Source: an uncultured Roseomonas sp.
GTDB taxonomy: Bacteria; Pseudomonadota; Alphaproteobacteria; Acetobacterales; Acetobacteraceae
Direction: 5' to 3'
Length of the DNA stretch: 64,000 nt
NCBI GenBank assembly: GCA_964243365.1
Contig: CAXTEL010000008.1
Location: 7,123-71,122, forward strand
Positions 21,925 through 31,152 of this stretch are shown here, piece after piece. A program made the translations under genes and the position numbers. Below the pieces are notes generated by a model that searched no databases, had not been told where the DNA came from, and saw only the letters and a program-made list of their open reading frames with translations. The stretch's first letter is position 1. Each line of letters opens with the position of its first letter.

Positions 21925-22659
21925 TTATTCCGCCAGCGACGCTTCCCCGCGCAGCACCGCCTCCGCCCCGGCGGTCCACCCGGCCGCGTCGTGCAGCACC
22001 AGGCCCGGCAGCACGGCGTCCGGTGCCCGCGAGCCGAGCCGCGCCCGCAGCAGCACCCGTTTCGCGCCCCGCCCCGCCCGGGGCCACAGCGGCAGCAGCG
22101 ACACGCCCCCGCAACCCGCCCGACGCAGCGCGTCCCATCCTTCGCCGTGGCGCGCCGCCGGCAGCACCAGCGTCGCGCTGCCGCCCCGGCGCAGTCTGGC
22201 AGTCATGACCCCGGCCCAGGCGGCGAGCGGCAGGTCGGCCTCGGCGTGCGTCGCCGCGGCGCGGACGGTGCCCGGGGGCGGGGTGCCGCCGGTCCAGTAG
22301 GGCGGGTTGGCCATCGCGTGGTCGAAGGTGCCGACACCCGCCAGCGCGTCCGGCCGCCCGATGTCGGCCGCGCGGATCGCGGCGCGGTTCTCCCAGCCGT
22401 TCAGGCCGAGGTTCCCCGCCGCCAGCGCCGCCAGCGCCGGGTCGCGCTCGGCGCCGAGCGCCGTGGCGGCCGGCACGCGGGCGAGCAGGCAGAGCAGCGC
22501 GGCGCCGGTGCCGCAGCCCAGCTCCAGCACGCGCTCGCCCGGCGCGGCCGGGACGCGGGCGGCAAGCATCACCGCGTCCAGCCCCGCGCGCAGGCCGGCG
22601 GCAGGCTGCCGCAGCCGGACCCGTCCGCCGAGCAGCGCGTCAGCGGTGATGACGCTCAA
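21925..22659 (-). CDS. N6-adenine-type SAM methyltransferase (tRNA1(Val) m6A37 YfiC/TrmN6-like)
   Basis: VLELGCGTGA motif I and MANPPYW (NPPY). TTG start in a TTGA overlap with the upstream gene. Confidence 0.7.
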   Translation of the reverse strand: MSVITADALLGGRVRLRQPAAGLRAGLDAVMLAARVPAAPGERVLELGCGTGAALLCLLARVPAATALGAERDPALAALAAGNLGLNGWENRAAIRAADIGRPDALAGVGTFDHAMANPPYWTGGTPPPGTVRAAATHAEADLPLAAWAGVMTARLRRGGSATLVLPAARHGEGWDALRRAGCGGVSLLPLWPRAGRGAKRVLLRARLGSRAPDAVLPGLVLHDAAGWTAGAEAVLRGEASLAE

Positions 22660-22919
22660 TCTTCCCGCTCGACCGCGTTCCGGTCGGGCCCGTCCCGCTC
22701 GGCGCCGCCCTCGCCATCCTCGCCGGCCTCGCGCAGCACGGCCCGAGCCGCGGCGGCGTCGTGCGCGCGCACGGCCAGACGGCGGGGAAAGGCGCCGATC
22801 CCGCCCTCCGCGGCGCTGACGTGCGCGTCCAGCAGCAGCGGTTCGATTCCGGCGTCCCGCAGCAGCGCTTGCAGGAAGCTCAGGCGGACCAAGTTATTGG
22901 TCGAAGCCACCACGCGCAT
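22656..22919 (-). CDS. DUF2007-like small protein (putative signal-transducing fold)
   Basis: ATG at 22919. NNLVRLSFLQALLRDAGIEPLLLDAHVS...AARAVLREAG matches the DUF2007 pattern as I remember it. Confidence 0.65.
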   Translation of the reverse strand: MRVVASTNNLVRLSFLQALLRDAGIEPLLLDAHVSAAEGGIGAFPRRLAVRAHDAAAARAVLREAGEDGEGGAERDGPDRNAVERED

Positions 22920-22974
22920 GGACGCCTCCGCAGGCCGTTCCGGCTCGCCTTGGCGCTGCGCCGCGGGCTGGCCT

Positions 22975-24030
22975 ATGGTGCCGCCCCGTACCCCGAGGTC
23001 AAGAAGCCGTTTGAGCGCCGCCCTCACGCCCGCCGCCGCCGACGAGGACCCCGAGGCCGCGCTGACGACGCTGACCGCGCTGGTCCGCGATGACCTCGCG
23101 GCCTGCAACCGCCTTATCGTCGAGCGCATGGACAGCCCCGTGGCGCTGATACCGCAGCTCGCGGCCCACCTCGTGGCGGCCGGTGGCAAGCGGCTGCGCC
23201 CGCTGCTGACCCTCGCCAGCGCGCGCATGTGCGGTTACGCCGGGCACCGGCACGTGGCGCTGGCCGCCTGCGTGGAGTTCATCCACACCGCCACGCTGCT
23301 GCACGACGACGTGGTGGACGAGAGCACGCTGCGACGAGGCTTGGCCAGCGCCAATGCCCTGTTCGGCAACAAAGCGTCGGTGCTGGTGGGCGACTTCCTG
23401 TTCGCCCGCGCCTTCCAGTTGATGACCGAGGATGGTGCGCTGCGCGTGCTGGAAATCCTGTCGGGGGCGTCGGCCACCATCGCCGAGGGCGAGGTGCTCC
23501 AACTCGTGACCCAGAACGACACGGCTACCACGGAAGCGCAGTACCTGCGGGTGATCGCCGGCAAGACCGCCGCGCTGTTCGCCGCCGCAACCGAGGTGGG
23601 CGCCGTGGTTGCCAGCCGTCCCGAGCGCGAAGCCGCGGCGCTGGCCACCTACGGGCGCGATCTCGGCATGGCGTTTCAGCTCGTCGACGACGCGCTGGAC
23701 TATTCCGCCCGGCAAGCCGAGCTGGGCAAAACGGTTGGCGACGACTTTCGGGAAGGCAAGATCACGCTGCCGGTGCTGCTGGCCATCGCGCGGGGCGGCG
23801 AGGAGGAGCGCGGCTACTGGAAGCGCGTGCTCGAGGAGCGTGACCAGCGCGACGGTGACCTGGAGCACGCCCTGCTGCTGATGCGCCGCCACGGCACGCT
23901 GGCGGCGACCGTGGCGCGGGCCCGGGACTTCGGGCGCACGGCGCTCGATGCCCTGGCTGCCTTCCCCGACAACGCCGAGCGTCGCGCCCTGGCCGGGATC
24001 GTGGAGTTCTGCGTCGCCCGGGCGCGCTGA
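22975..24030 (+). CDS. ispB: Polyprenyl (octaprenyl) diphosphate synthase
   Basis: GGKRLRP, LLHDDVVDES and QLVDDALDY aspartate-rich motifs. ATG 22975 or TTG 23011 as start. The track ORF from 21697 is over-extended. Confidence 0.9.
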   Translation: MVPPRTPRSRSRLSAALTPAAADEDPEAALTTLTALVRDDLAACNRLIVERMDSPVALIPQLAAHLVAAGGKRLRPLLTLASARMCGYAGHRHVALAACVEFIHTATLLHDDVVDESTLRRGLASANALFGNKASVLVGDFLFARAFQLMTEDGALRVLEILSGASATIAEGEVLQLVTQNDTATTEAQYLRVIAGKTAALFAAATEVGAVVASRPEREAAALATYGRDLGMAFQLVDDALDYSARQAELGKTVGDDFREGKITLPVLLAIARGGEEERGYWKRVLEERDQRDGDLEHALLLMRRHGTLAATVARARDFGRTALDALAAFPDNAERRALAGIVEFCVARAR

Positions 24031-24166
24031 GGCGACGTCGCCGCCCTTCGCGGCCCCGACCACTGCAGCCCTCGTCGGCGTTCCGGGGAAACCTCGCGGG
24101 GCCGGCGCGTTCTCCTCCCGGAACCGGTCACAGCAGGCCGGAGCACATTCGCGAGGAGGAACAGGA

Positions 24167-24442
24167 ATGCGACCGATCCTAGTGGCGACGCTCATCGGCA
24201 TGGCGGCATTCGCCCAGCCTGCCCAGGCACAAACCCAGACCCAGACGCCGGGCATAGGGCAGGCGCTCCAGGGCCTGCTGAGCGGCAACCAGGGCCAGGA
24301 CCAGACTGTCCGCGATGCCTACGAGCGCGGCTACCAACGCGGGCGCGACGACGAGGCGCGGCGGGGTAGCGGCAACCGCTCTGAACGGCGCTCGTCCCGC
24401 AGCAGCAGCAGCGACGACGAGAACAACGACCGGCGCCGCTGA
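24167..24442 (+). CDS. Small secreted protein (91 aa), charged Ser/Arg-rich C-terminus
   Basis: SD GAGGAGGA, then ATG 24167. Signal peptide MRPILVATLIGMAAFAQPAQA. Confidence 0.55.
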   Translation: MRPILVATLIGMAAFAQPAQAQTQTQTPGIGQALQGLLSGNQGQDQTVRDAYERGYQRGRDDEARRGSGNRSERRSSRSSSSDDENNDRRR

Positions 24443-24661
24443 CCGTCGGCGGGCGGCGGGTCCGCCCGTGCCGCGGCCACCCGGCCAAGGCCATCCGGAC
24501 CGTGCTATCCGCGCCCGTGCTCCGGTAAGGAGGCGACGGCCGCTGGGTCGCGCTCGATCCGCGGGGTCGCGCTCGTCAGGGTCACCGCGCAAGATCTTTT
24601 GAGGTGCTGCCGCGGCCAGGGGCACCCCCGGGCGCGTGCGGGCGGACGGGGTGGCGTCGCG

Positions 24662-25300
24662 ATGAACATGTTGCCAGCACTGGCACTGCTGTGGCTCGCG
24701 GGGAGCACCGACGCGATTGCTTTCGTGCACGGTCAGGAGTTGCTGGCGGTGTACGTGACCGGCAACACAACGAAACTGGGCGGAGCGTTGCTGGCGTCGA
24801 ATTGGGCGCGGGTACTGCCGCTCGCCACCCTGTTCGCGACCTTCGCGGCGGCGACCACCCTGGGCGCCGTGCTGCGGCGCCATTTAGAACCGTGGGGCGA
24901 GGCGGCGGTGCTCGCGCTGGTGGCCGGACTGCTGGGCGCGGCGATGGCAGTCGCCGGGGAGCCGTTCCCACTGCGGAAGGTGCTGCTGATCGCGGGCGCC
25001 ATGGGAGCGCTGAACCAGGTGCTGCCGAGCGAGCCCGGGGCGACGTTCATCACGGGCACCCTGGTGCGGTTCGGCAGGGCGATGGCGGCCGGAAAGCTCG
25101 GGGACGCCGGCGGAAGCCTGCTGCGCTGGGTCGCGTTCCTGGCGGGAGCCGGCGTCGGCGCGCTGGCGGAGACGCGCTACGGCTCGCTGGGGCTGGCGGT
25201 GCCGACGGTGGGGGCCGGGGTGGGAATGGTCGTGGCCATGGCGGCGGCTTGGCCGCGACGCGGGGCTGATCGCGGCGTGCCGGTGACGGGCAAGCGATAG
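24662..25300 (+). CDS. YoaK/DUF1275 family membrane protein
   Basis: Multi-TM hydrophobic profile. STDAIAFV...VTGNTTKLG resembles the DUF1275 signature. Confidence 0.6.
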   Translation: MNMLPALALLWLAGSTDAIAFVHGQELLAVYVTGNTTKLGGALLASNWARVLPLATLFATFAAATTLGAVLRRHLEPWGEAAVLALVAGLLGAAMAVAGEPFPLRKVLLIAGAMGALNQVLPSEPGATFITGTLVRFGRAMAAGKLGDAGGSLLRWVAFLAGAGVGALAETRYGSLGLAVPTVGAGVGMVVAMAAAWPRRGADRGVPVTGKR

Positions 25301-25348
25301 AACCGACGGGCGACGGTTCCGCCCGGTGCGCGGCCGGGTGGGGATCGA

Positions 25349-25370
25349 CGAGCGAAGGCGACTTCGCTCG
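25349..25370. terminator. 9-bp stem hairpin with GCGA tetraloop between convergent genes
   Basis: CGAGCGAAG-GCGA-CTTCGCTCG read directly. No U tract. Confidence 0.35.
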
Positions 25371-25519
25371 CCTTCCCACTGAGACCACCACCGGGCGCCG
25401 TTCCGTCCGCTCCCGCCGGCGCCGCACGCGGGTGACGCGGCTTCCCGAAACATCGGGCAGCCCGCCGCGCCGTCGGCGACGGACGCACCGGCGATGCGTC
25501 GACCTGGGCGCGAGCCGTC

Positions 25520-26275
25520 CTAGCCGCGCCCGACGAAGGGCATCGCGGTCGCCATCACCGTCACGGTCTGCACGTTCGCGTCGAGCGGCAGGGACGCCAT
25601 GTGCAACACCGTGCGCCCGACGTGGGCGACGTCCATGCGCGGCTCCGGCATCATCGAGCCGTCCGCCTGCGGCACGCCGCTCGCCATGCGCTCGGTCATC
25701 TCGGTCGCGGCGTTGCCGACGTCGATCTGGCCGCAGGCGATGTTCCACTTGCGCCCGTCGAGGCTGACGGACTTGGTCAGGCCGGTGATCGCGTGCTTGG
25801 TGGCGGTGTAAGGCGCCGAGCCCGGGCGCGGCGCGTGGGCGCTGATCGAGCCGTTGTTGATGATGCGGCCGCCGCGCGGGTCCTGCTCGCGCATGATGCG
25901 GAAGGCGGCGCGGGCGCACAGGAAGGAGCCGGTCAGGTTGGCCGCCACCACGCCGAGCCAGTCCTCCAGGTCGGTGTCGCCGACATCGCGGGCGGGGCTG
26001 CCGCGGCCGGCGTTGTTGAACAGCAGGTCCAACCGGCCGAAGCGTTCGCGCACGGCGGCGAACAGCGCGTTCACCGAGGCCGGGTCGGTCACGTCCGCGG
26101 CCATCGGCAGGCAGCGCCCGGCGTGCCCGCCGGCGAGCGCCAGCGTGTCGCGCAGGGCGTCCACGCGCCGTCCCGCCAGCGCCACGGACCAGCCGTCCCC
26201 CAGTAGCGCCAGCGCCGCCGCCCGGCCGATGCCGCTGCCCGCTCCCGTGACGACCGCGATGCCCCTGGTGGCCAT
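25520..26275 (-). CDS. Short-chain dehydrogenase/reductase (SDR)
   Basis: [16 protein letters not shown] and YTATKHAI (YxxxK). ATG 26275 preferred; 26299 is an alternative start. Confidence 0.85.
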   Translation of the reverse strand: MATRGIAVVTGAGSGIGRAAALALLGDGWSVALAGRRVDALRDTLALAGGHAGRCLPMAADVTDPASVNALFAAVRERFGRLDLLFNNAGRGSPARDVGDTDLEDWLGVVAANLTGSFLCARAAFRIMREQDPRGGRIINNGSISAHAPRPGSAPYTATKHAITGLTKSVSLDGRKWNIACGQIDVGNAATEMTERMASGVPQADGSMMPEPRMDVAHVGRTVLHMASLPLDANVQTVTVMATAMPFVGRG

Positions 26276-26519
26276 GCCCATCCCCCGCCGGCGTCGCACC
26301 CACCGGGTCGCAGCGTGCGTGCCGCGGGCAACCGGCGCAACGATGAACGCGGCTACGCCATCGATCGACTCACCCCGTCCAACCCAAACAAATGGAAGGC
26401 GGGAGTTCGGAGGCCCCCTGGATCCCCGGCGGGGGCCACGGGCGGCGTCCCTGACCCCGAACCCGACTTAGGCGAGATGGAAGTCGTCCGCGACCTGCCG
26501 CGCCTCGGCGCCTTCCGCG

Positions 26520-27383
26520 TCAGTCCTCCACCGGCTCGAGGTCCACCGCGACCTCGACGCTGTGCCGGCCGCCGCCCAGGATGACCCCGCGCAGGGGCGA
26601 CACGTCACCGAAGTCGCGACCCCAGCCCAGCACCACGTGCTCCTCGCGCACCACGAGGTCGTTGGTGGGATCGAGGTCCACCCAACCCAGACCCGGCCCC
26701 ATCCAGGCGCCGACCCAGGCGTGCGACATGTCCGAGCCCTGGTGCTTGGGCTGGTTGGGGGCGGGGTAGGTGCGGATGTAGCCGGACACGTAGCGCGCCG
26801 GCAGGCCGAGGGCGCGCAGCCCGGCGATCATGACGTGCGAGAAGTCCTGGCACACGCCCTCGCGCCGGCGCAGCACCTCCTCCACGGGGGTAGCGATGCC
26901 GGTGACGCCGGAGCGGAAGCGGAATTCCCGCCGGAAGCGCGCGTTGAGGTCCAGCAGCCCATCCAGCACCGGCCGCCCGGCGGGGAAGGACGGCGCGGCG
27001 AAGGCACGGGCCGCCTCGCCCGCGGCCAGCATCGGGCTGTCGAAGGTGAACTCGGCCGCGCCGGGGTCACGCAAGGCGCGGCGCGCCACCTCCTCCCAGG
27101 GAGGTGTGGGACCAGCGGGCGGGCGCGCGAAGGCGACGTCCACCGTGGCCTCGGCCACCACCGCGAAGCGGTCGTGCGCGTCGTCGAGGAACATCCAGGC
27201 CACCCGGTTGCCGAAATGGTCCTCGCCGAAGGTGCTGCGGGCGGCGGGCGGGGTGCTGGTGAGCGCCTCGTGCAGCACGCGCTGGTGCGGCAGCGGGCGC
27301 GGGCTGAGGTGCAGCATGTGGGTCGCGAGATCCACCGGCTGGCCGTACTCGTAGGTGGTGACGTGGCGGACGCGCAGGATCAC
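26520..27383 (-). CDS. Transglutaminase-like cysteine peptidase family protein (Bact_transglu_N + core)
   Basis: GTG 27383 in a GTGA overlap with the upstream stop. ILRVRHVTTYEY N-domain. Cys-His-Asp triad context GVCQDFSH, HAWVGAW and DLDPTN. Confidence 0.85.
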   Translation of the reverse strand: MILRVRHVTTYEYGQPVDLATHMLHLSPRPLPHQRVLHEALTSTPPAARSTFGEDHFGNRVAWMFLDDAHDRFAVVAEATVDVAFARPPAGPTPPWEEVARRALRDPGAAEFTFDSPMLAAGEAARAFAAPSFPAGRPVLDGLLDLNARFRREFRFRSGVTGIATPVEEVLRRREGVCQDFSHVMIAGLRALGLPARYVSGYIRTYPAPNQPKHQGSDMSHAWVGAWMGPGLGWVDLDPTNDLVVREEHVVLGWGRDFGDVSPLRGVILGGGRHSVEVAVDLEPVED

Positions 27384-29836
27384 GTGGCACCCGCGAAGGC
27401 GCCGCGGCGCGGCGGGTCGGGCGGCTCCGGGCCGAGGGTGCGGAGCGGCGGCAGCAGCGTGAAGTAGCGACGCGAGATGGACTCCGCCAGCGCCTCCGAG
27501 AGCGCGCCGAGCGCCCGTAGCCGTTCGGTGGCGAGGAACGGGTCGCCGGCCGCGATCGCCGCCGCTTGGTCTAGCAGCGCCGATGCCTCGTCCGAGAGCG
27601 GATTCGGCCCGCCCGCGACCTCTCGCAGCAGCAGCCGCACCTCGGCGAACTGGAAGCCCAGCGCGCGCGGGTTGCCTGGATCGGCGAGCACGAGGTGCAG
27701 CACCGTGGCCGGCTGCGGCGCGGCGAGGTAGCGGGTGCGGTGGGTGATGACGCTGTCGCACAGCTCCAACGCCAAGCGCAGCCCGGCCTCCAGGCGCGCC
27801 GGCGGCTGGTCCAGCGCCAGCGCCAGGGCCGAGCTCACGGCCTGCGCCCGCTCCAGCCTCCGGCCCAGGTCGAGGAAGGTATGGGCGCCGCCGCGCACCA
27901 TGTTCTCCGCCGCCACCCCCGCCACGCCAGCGGCGTAGCGCAGCGCTGCGCCGAACAGGCGGTTCAGTGCCTGGGCGTCGCGCACCTCCGGCAGCGCTTC
28001 GCGCATCTCGCGCAACGGCTGCAGGAAGGCGTCGTGCATGTCGCCGGTCTGCCGGTCGCGCGTGCCATCCACCAAGCGGGCGATCCGGTGGAAGATCATC
28101 GGCAGCGCGCCGCCGGGACGCACGGCGCGCAGCAGGGCCTGTCGCAGCGACGCGGCATCGCCGCCCGCCGGCGCGTCCTCGGCGGTGGCGAGGCCCGCCG
28201 GTACCAGGCAGCGCGCCAGCGCGGCGAGCTCGGCCAGCTCGTGCGGCAGCAGTGCGTCGCGCTCCAGCCGCGCCAGCGCCGCGCGGGCCAGCCGGGCGGC
28301 GTTGTCCAGGCGCTCCACGTAGCGGCCCAGCCAGAACAGGTTGTCCGCCACCCGGGACGGCAGGTCCGCGCCGGCGCCGCGAACGGCGAGCACGGGGGCC
28401 GGCGCGGGGATCGGGCCCGAAACGTCACCGCGCTCCTCGTCGAGCACCCACACGTCCTTGGACAGCCCGCCCGGCGGCATCCGGCCGAGCGGGGGGCCGC
28501 CGCCGTCCAGCACCCGCGCAAAGCCGCCCGGCAGCACGCGCCACGCCGCGCCGTCGTGCATCAGGAACATGCGCAGCGACACCGGGCGGGCCGCCTTGCA
28601 CGCTTCACCCGACCAGCACGGGGCGAGGGAGGCCGCCGCGTCGGCCGTCGCCGCCCAGGCACCCGGACGCGCCGCGAGTTGCGTCAGCGTGCGCGGGTCG
28701 GCGTCCGCCAGCGCGATCCCCGGCCGGTGCGGGTCGGCGGCGCCGCGCAGCACCCAGGCGCCCGGGTCGTCGCGAACCTCGGCCAGCGCGTCGGGGTTGC
28801 CCAGCCACAGAGTGCGCAACGAGGGCAGGCGCAGCGACTCGCCCAGCAGGCGCGCGCACAGCACGGGCAGGAAGGCGGCCAGGGCGGGGGCCTCCACCGC
28901 GCCGGCACCGGGGTCGTTGATGATCCGCATGGCGCCGTTGCGGGCGGCATCCAGCAGCCCGGTGACGCCCTGCGAGGCGCTGGCGCCGAACTCCAGGGGA
29001 TCGAGCAGCCGGCCTTCGGTGCGGCGGAGCAGCACGCCCACGCGCTGCGGGCCGCGCAGCGTCTTGAGGAACAGGTCGCCGCCGCGCACGGTCAGGTCGC
29101 CCGCTTCCACCGGCGTGCAGCCCAGTGCGCGGGCCAGCACCACGTTCTCGGCCCAGCTCGGATCGCCGACGCCCAGGGTGAGCAGCGCCACGGTGTCCGC
29201 CCCGCGGCCGGGGGGCGCGGCGCCGCGCAGGGCGTCGCGCCAACTCTCCAGGAACGGGCGCAGCGGCCGCACCGGGGCGCCGCGGAACAGTTCGGGCAGG
29301 TTGCGGGCAAGCAGCCGGCGGTTCTCCAGCGCCTGAGCGAGGCCGGCCATGCGCGCGGTGGCGTCGGCCGCCACGGCCCAGGCGCCATCGGGGCCGCGTC
29401 GCAGGTCGGCCGCGCAGGTCCGCACAAGCGGCTCGCGCGGCGCGGCGCCGGCACTGCGGCAGGGGCGCAGGAAGCCGGGGTTGCTGAACACCAGCTCGGC
29501 CGGCAGCAGCCCCTCGGCGAGCAGGTGCTGCGGCCCGTACAGGTCGCGCAGCACGGCGTCGAGCAGTCGGGCGCGCTGCGCCAGCCCCGCTTCCAGCGCC
29601 GCGAACTCGCCCGCCGGCAGCGGCAGCGGGAAGGGGTCGCAGCGCCACCCCGTGGTGACCCGCTCCTCGGTGGGCAGGAGGGCCGTAATGCCGTCCTCCT
29701 CCAGGGCGCGGTCGAGGCGCAGGGCGCGGTCGGCGAGCGCACCCTCCGGCAGGGCACCGACGGCGGACAGCAACCCGCGCCAGTGCGGCCGGACCCGCCC
29801 GGCGCCATCCACCATCTCGTCGAGGACGGCGCTCAC
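27380..29836 (-). CDS. Fusion of circularly permuted type-2 ATP-grasp domain and alpha-E domain
   Basis: 818 aa. The N-terminus (DEMVDGAGRVRPHWRGLL) is typical of CP-ATP-grasp-2 proteins. The C-terminal half carries the alpha-E hallmark NLFWLGRYVERLDNAARL. Confidence 0.8.
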   Translation of the reverse strand: MSAVLDEMVDGAGRVRPHWRGLLSAVGALPEGALADRALRLDRALEEDGITALLPTEERVTTGWRCDPFPLPLPAGEFAALEAGLAQRARLLDAVLRDLYGPQHLLAEGLLPAELVFSNPGFLRPCRSAGAAPREPLVRTCAADLRRGPDGAWAVAADATARMAGLAQALENRRLLARNLPELFRGAPVRPLRPFLESWRDALRGAAPPGRGADTVALLTLGVGDPSWAENVVLARALGCTPVEAGDLTVRGGDLFLKTLRGPQRVGVLLRRTEGRLLDPLEFGASASQGVTGLLDAARNGAMRIINDPGAGAVEAPALAAFLPVLCARLLGESLRLPSLRTLWLGNPDALAEVRDDPGAWVLRGAADPHRPGIALADADPRTLTQLAARPGAWAATADAAASLAPCWSGEACKAARPVSLRMFLMHDGAAWRVLPGGFARVLDGGGPPLGRMPPGGLSKDVWVLDEERGDVSGPIPAPAPVLAVRGAGADLPSRVADNLFWLGRYVERLDNAARLARAALARLERDALLPHELAELAALARCLVPAGLATAEDAPAGGDAASLRQALLRAVRPGGALPMIFHRIARLVDGTRDRQTGDMHDAFLQPLREMREALPEVRDAQALNRLFGAALRYAAGVAGVAAENMVRGGAHTFLDLGRRLERAQAVSSALALALDQPPARLEAGLRLALELCDSVITHRTRYLAAPQPATVLHLVLADPGNPRALGFQFAEVRLLLREVAGGPNPLSDEASALLDQAAAIAAGDPFLATERLRALGALSEALAESISRRYFTLLPPLRTLGPEPPDPPRRGAFAGAT

Positions 29837-29922
29837 GGCCGGTCTTCGCCGCCCCGGGGGCCGCGCCGGGGTGGGCGGAACACGGCCGGGAGCGCGTTCT
29901 CGGGGCCGTCGGGCAGGGTCAT
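29833..29922 (-). CDS. Candidate 29-aa ORF coupled to the ATP-grasp gene (speculative)
   Basis: ATG 29922 with AGGA 7 nt upstream. Its stop overlaps the ATP-grasp GTG (GTGA). Peptide MTLPDGPENALPAVFRPPRRGPRGGEDRP; 27 of 29 codons end in G/C. Open frames of this length are expected by chance at this GC content. Confidence 0.3.
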   Translation of the reverse strand: MTLPDGPENALPAVFRPPRRGPRGGEDRP

Positions 29923-29986
29923 GGCGGCATCCTGCCGGCTGGTTGGGCGCCGCGCCAGCCGCGTCCCGATCCCGGCCGTCCCCCGA

Positions 29987-30850
29987 TCAAGGCGCCGACC
30001 GCGACGGCAGTCGCCGCACCGCGATGCCAAAGGAAAACTCCGACCCCACCGCTTCCAGGCGGCCGGTGATCGGCGCCGCCGAATACGGCTCCGGCGCTGC
30101 GGCCAGCGGGATGTGGCATTCGGCGGCGAGTAGGCCGGAGGTCGCGTCGAGCCCGATCCAGCCGGCACCAGGCAGCCAGGCTTCCGCCCAAGCGTGCAGG
30201 TCGGCGCGGTCGGAGTGCTCGGCGTCGGCGAGCTGCACGAGGTAGCCGGAACAGAAGCGCGCCGCGAAACCGAGCGCCCGCAGCAGGTGCACCAGCAGCC
30301 AGCCGGAGTCCCGGCACGATCCGCGGGCCGCGGCCAGCGTTTCGGCCGGGGACTGGATGCCCGGCTCCGGCCGGACGAGGTAGGACACGCGCGCCCGCAC
30401 CAGCTCGTTCGCCGCCAGGAGCAGGCGCACCGTGTCCCGCTCGTCGCCGAGCGCCGCCGCGAGTCCCGCCACCTCGGCCGCGGGCGGACCATCGCCGCGG
30501 AAAGGGGCGAGCTGGGCGTCGAGCAGCGCGGGGTAGCGGAAGGGCCACGCCACCGCCTCCGGCTCCAGCAGGAAGTCGAACGGGTTCACCGGCGCGAGGT
30601 CGGCGGCGAGGTCCACCATCAGCTCGAACGACGTGACCCGATCCGCCAGCTGCACGGCGGCCGTGTGATTGCCCAATGGATCCTGCATCCAGCGTATGCC
30701 GGCCGGCGCCGGCGAGGCCGTCAGGGCGTAGCGCAGGATCGGCGCGCGGGCGTGCGCGGCGGGGCGCAGCCGCACCGTCTGCGGGCCGAGCGAGACGGGA
30801 CGGTCGTAGCGGTAGGTCGTCCGGTGCGACAGGGCGACGATCGGAGCCAT
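29987..30850 (-). CDS. Transglutaminase-like cysteine peptidase family protein
   Basis: LSHRTTYRYDRPV N-domain. GSCRDSGW, HAWAEAW and GLDATSG catalytic triad context. Confidence 0.85.
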   Translation of the reverse strand: MAPIVALSHRTTYRYDRPVSLGPQTVRLRPAAHARAPILRYALTASPAPAGIRWMQDPLGNHTAAVQLADRVTSFELMVDLAADLAPVNPFDFLLEPEAVAWPFRYPALLDAQLAPFRGDGPPAAEVAGLAAALGDERDTVRLLLAANELVRARVSYLVRPEPGIQSPAETLAAARGSCRDSGWLLVHLLRALGFAARFCSGYLVQLADAEHSDRADLHAWAEAWLPGAGWIGLDATSGLLAAECHIPLAAAPEPYSAAPITGRLEAVGSEFSFGIAVRRLPSRSAP

Positions 30851-31152
30851 GCGGACGGGCGGTCTCCTCGGCTGGCGCGGACGTTAGCGGGAATCGGCGC
30901 GGGCGGTAGTCGCGGCACCCGGGGAAATCGGACCCACCCGGCGATCGACGCGCGGAGCGACGGGCGGGCGCGACGTCCGCCGTTCCGGACAACTGGCGCG
31001 TGGCGGGCGCGGCTGACAGGATCGGCCGGACACGACGCGGACCGGACCACGCACGCCATGCACGCCCACGACGACACCGGTCCCGACCAGCCCTCCGGCG
31101 CCCGGGGCGGCGGACGCCGAACCCGAACCGGGGCGCGCCCGGAGCCCAGGGC

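Noticed and set aside
27695-30133. 812-aa plus-strand ORF antisense to the ATP-grasp/alpha-E gene
   Set aside because: Same compositional artefact (runs of R, G, A, Q and H). The opposite strand carries recognisable domain motifs.
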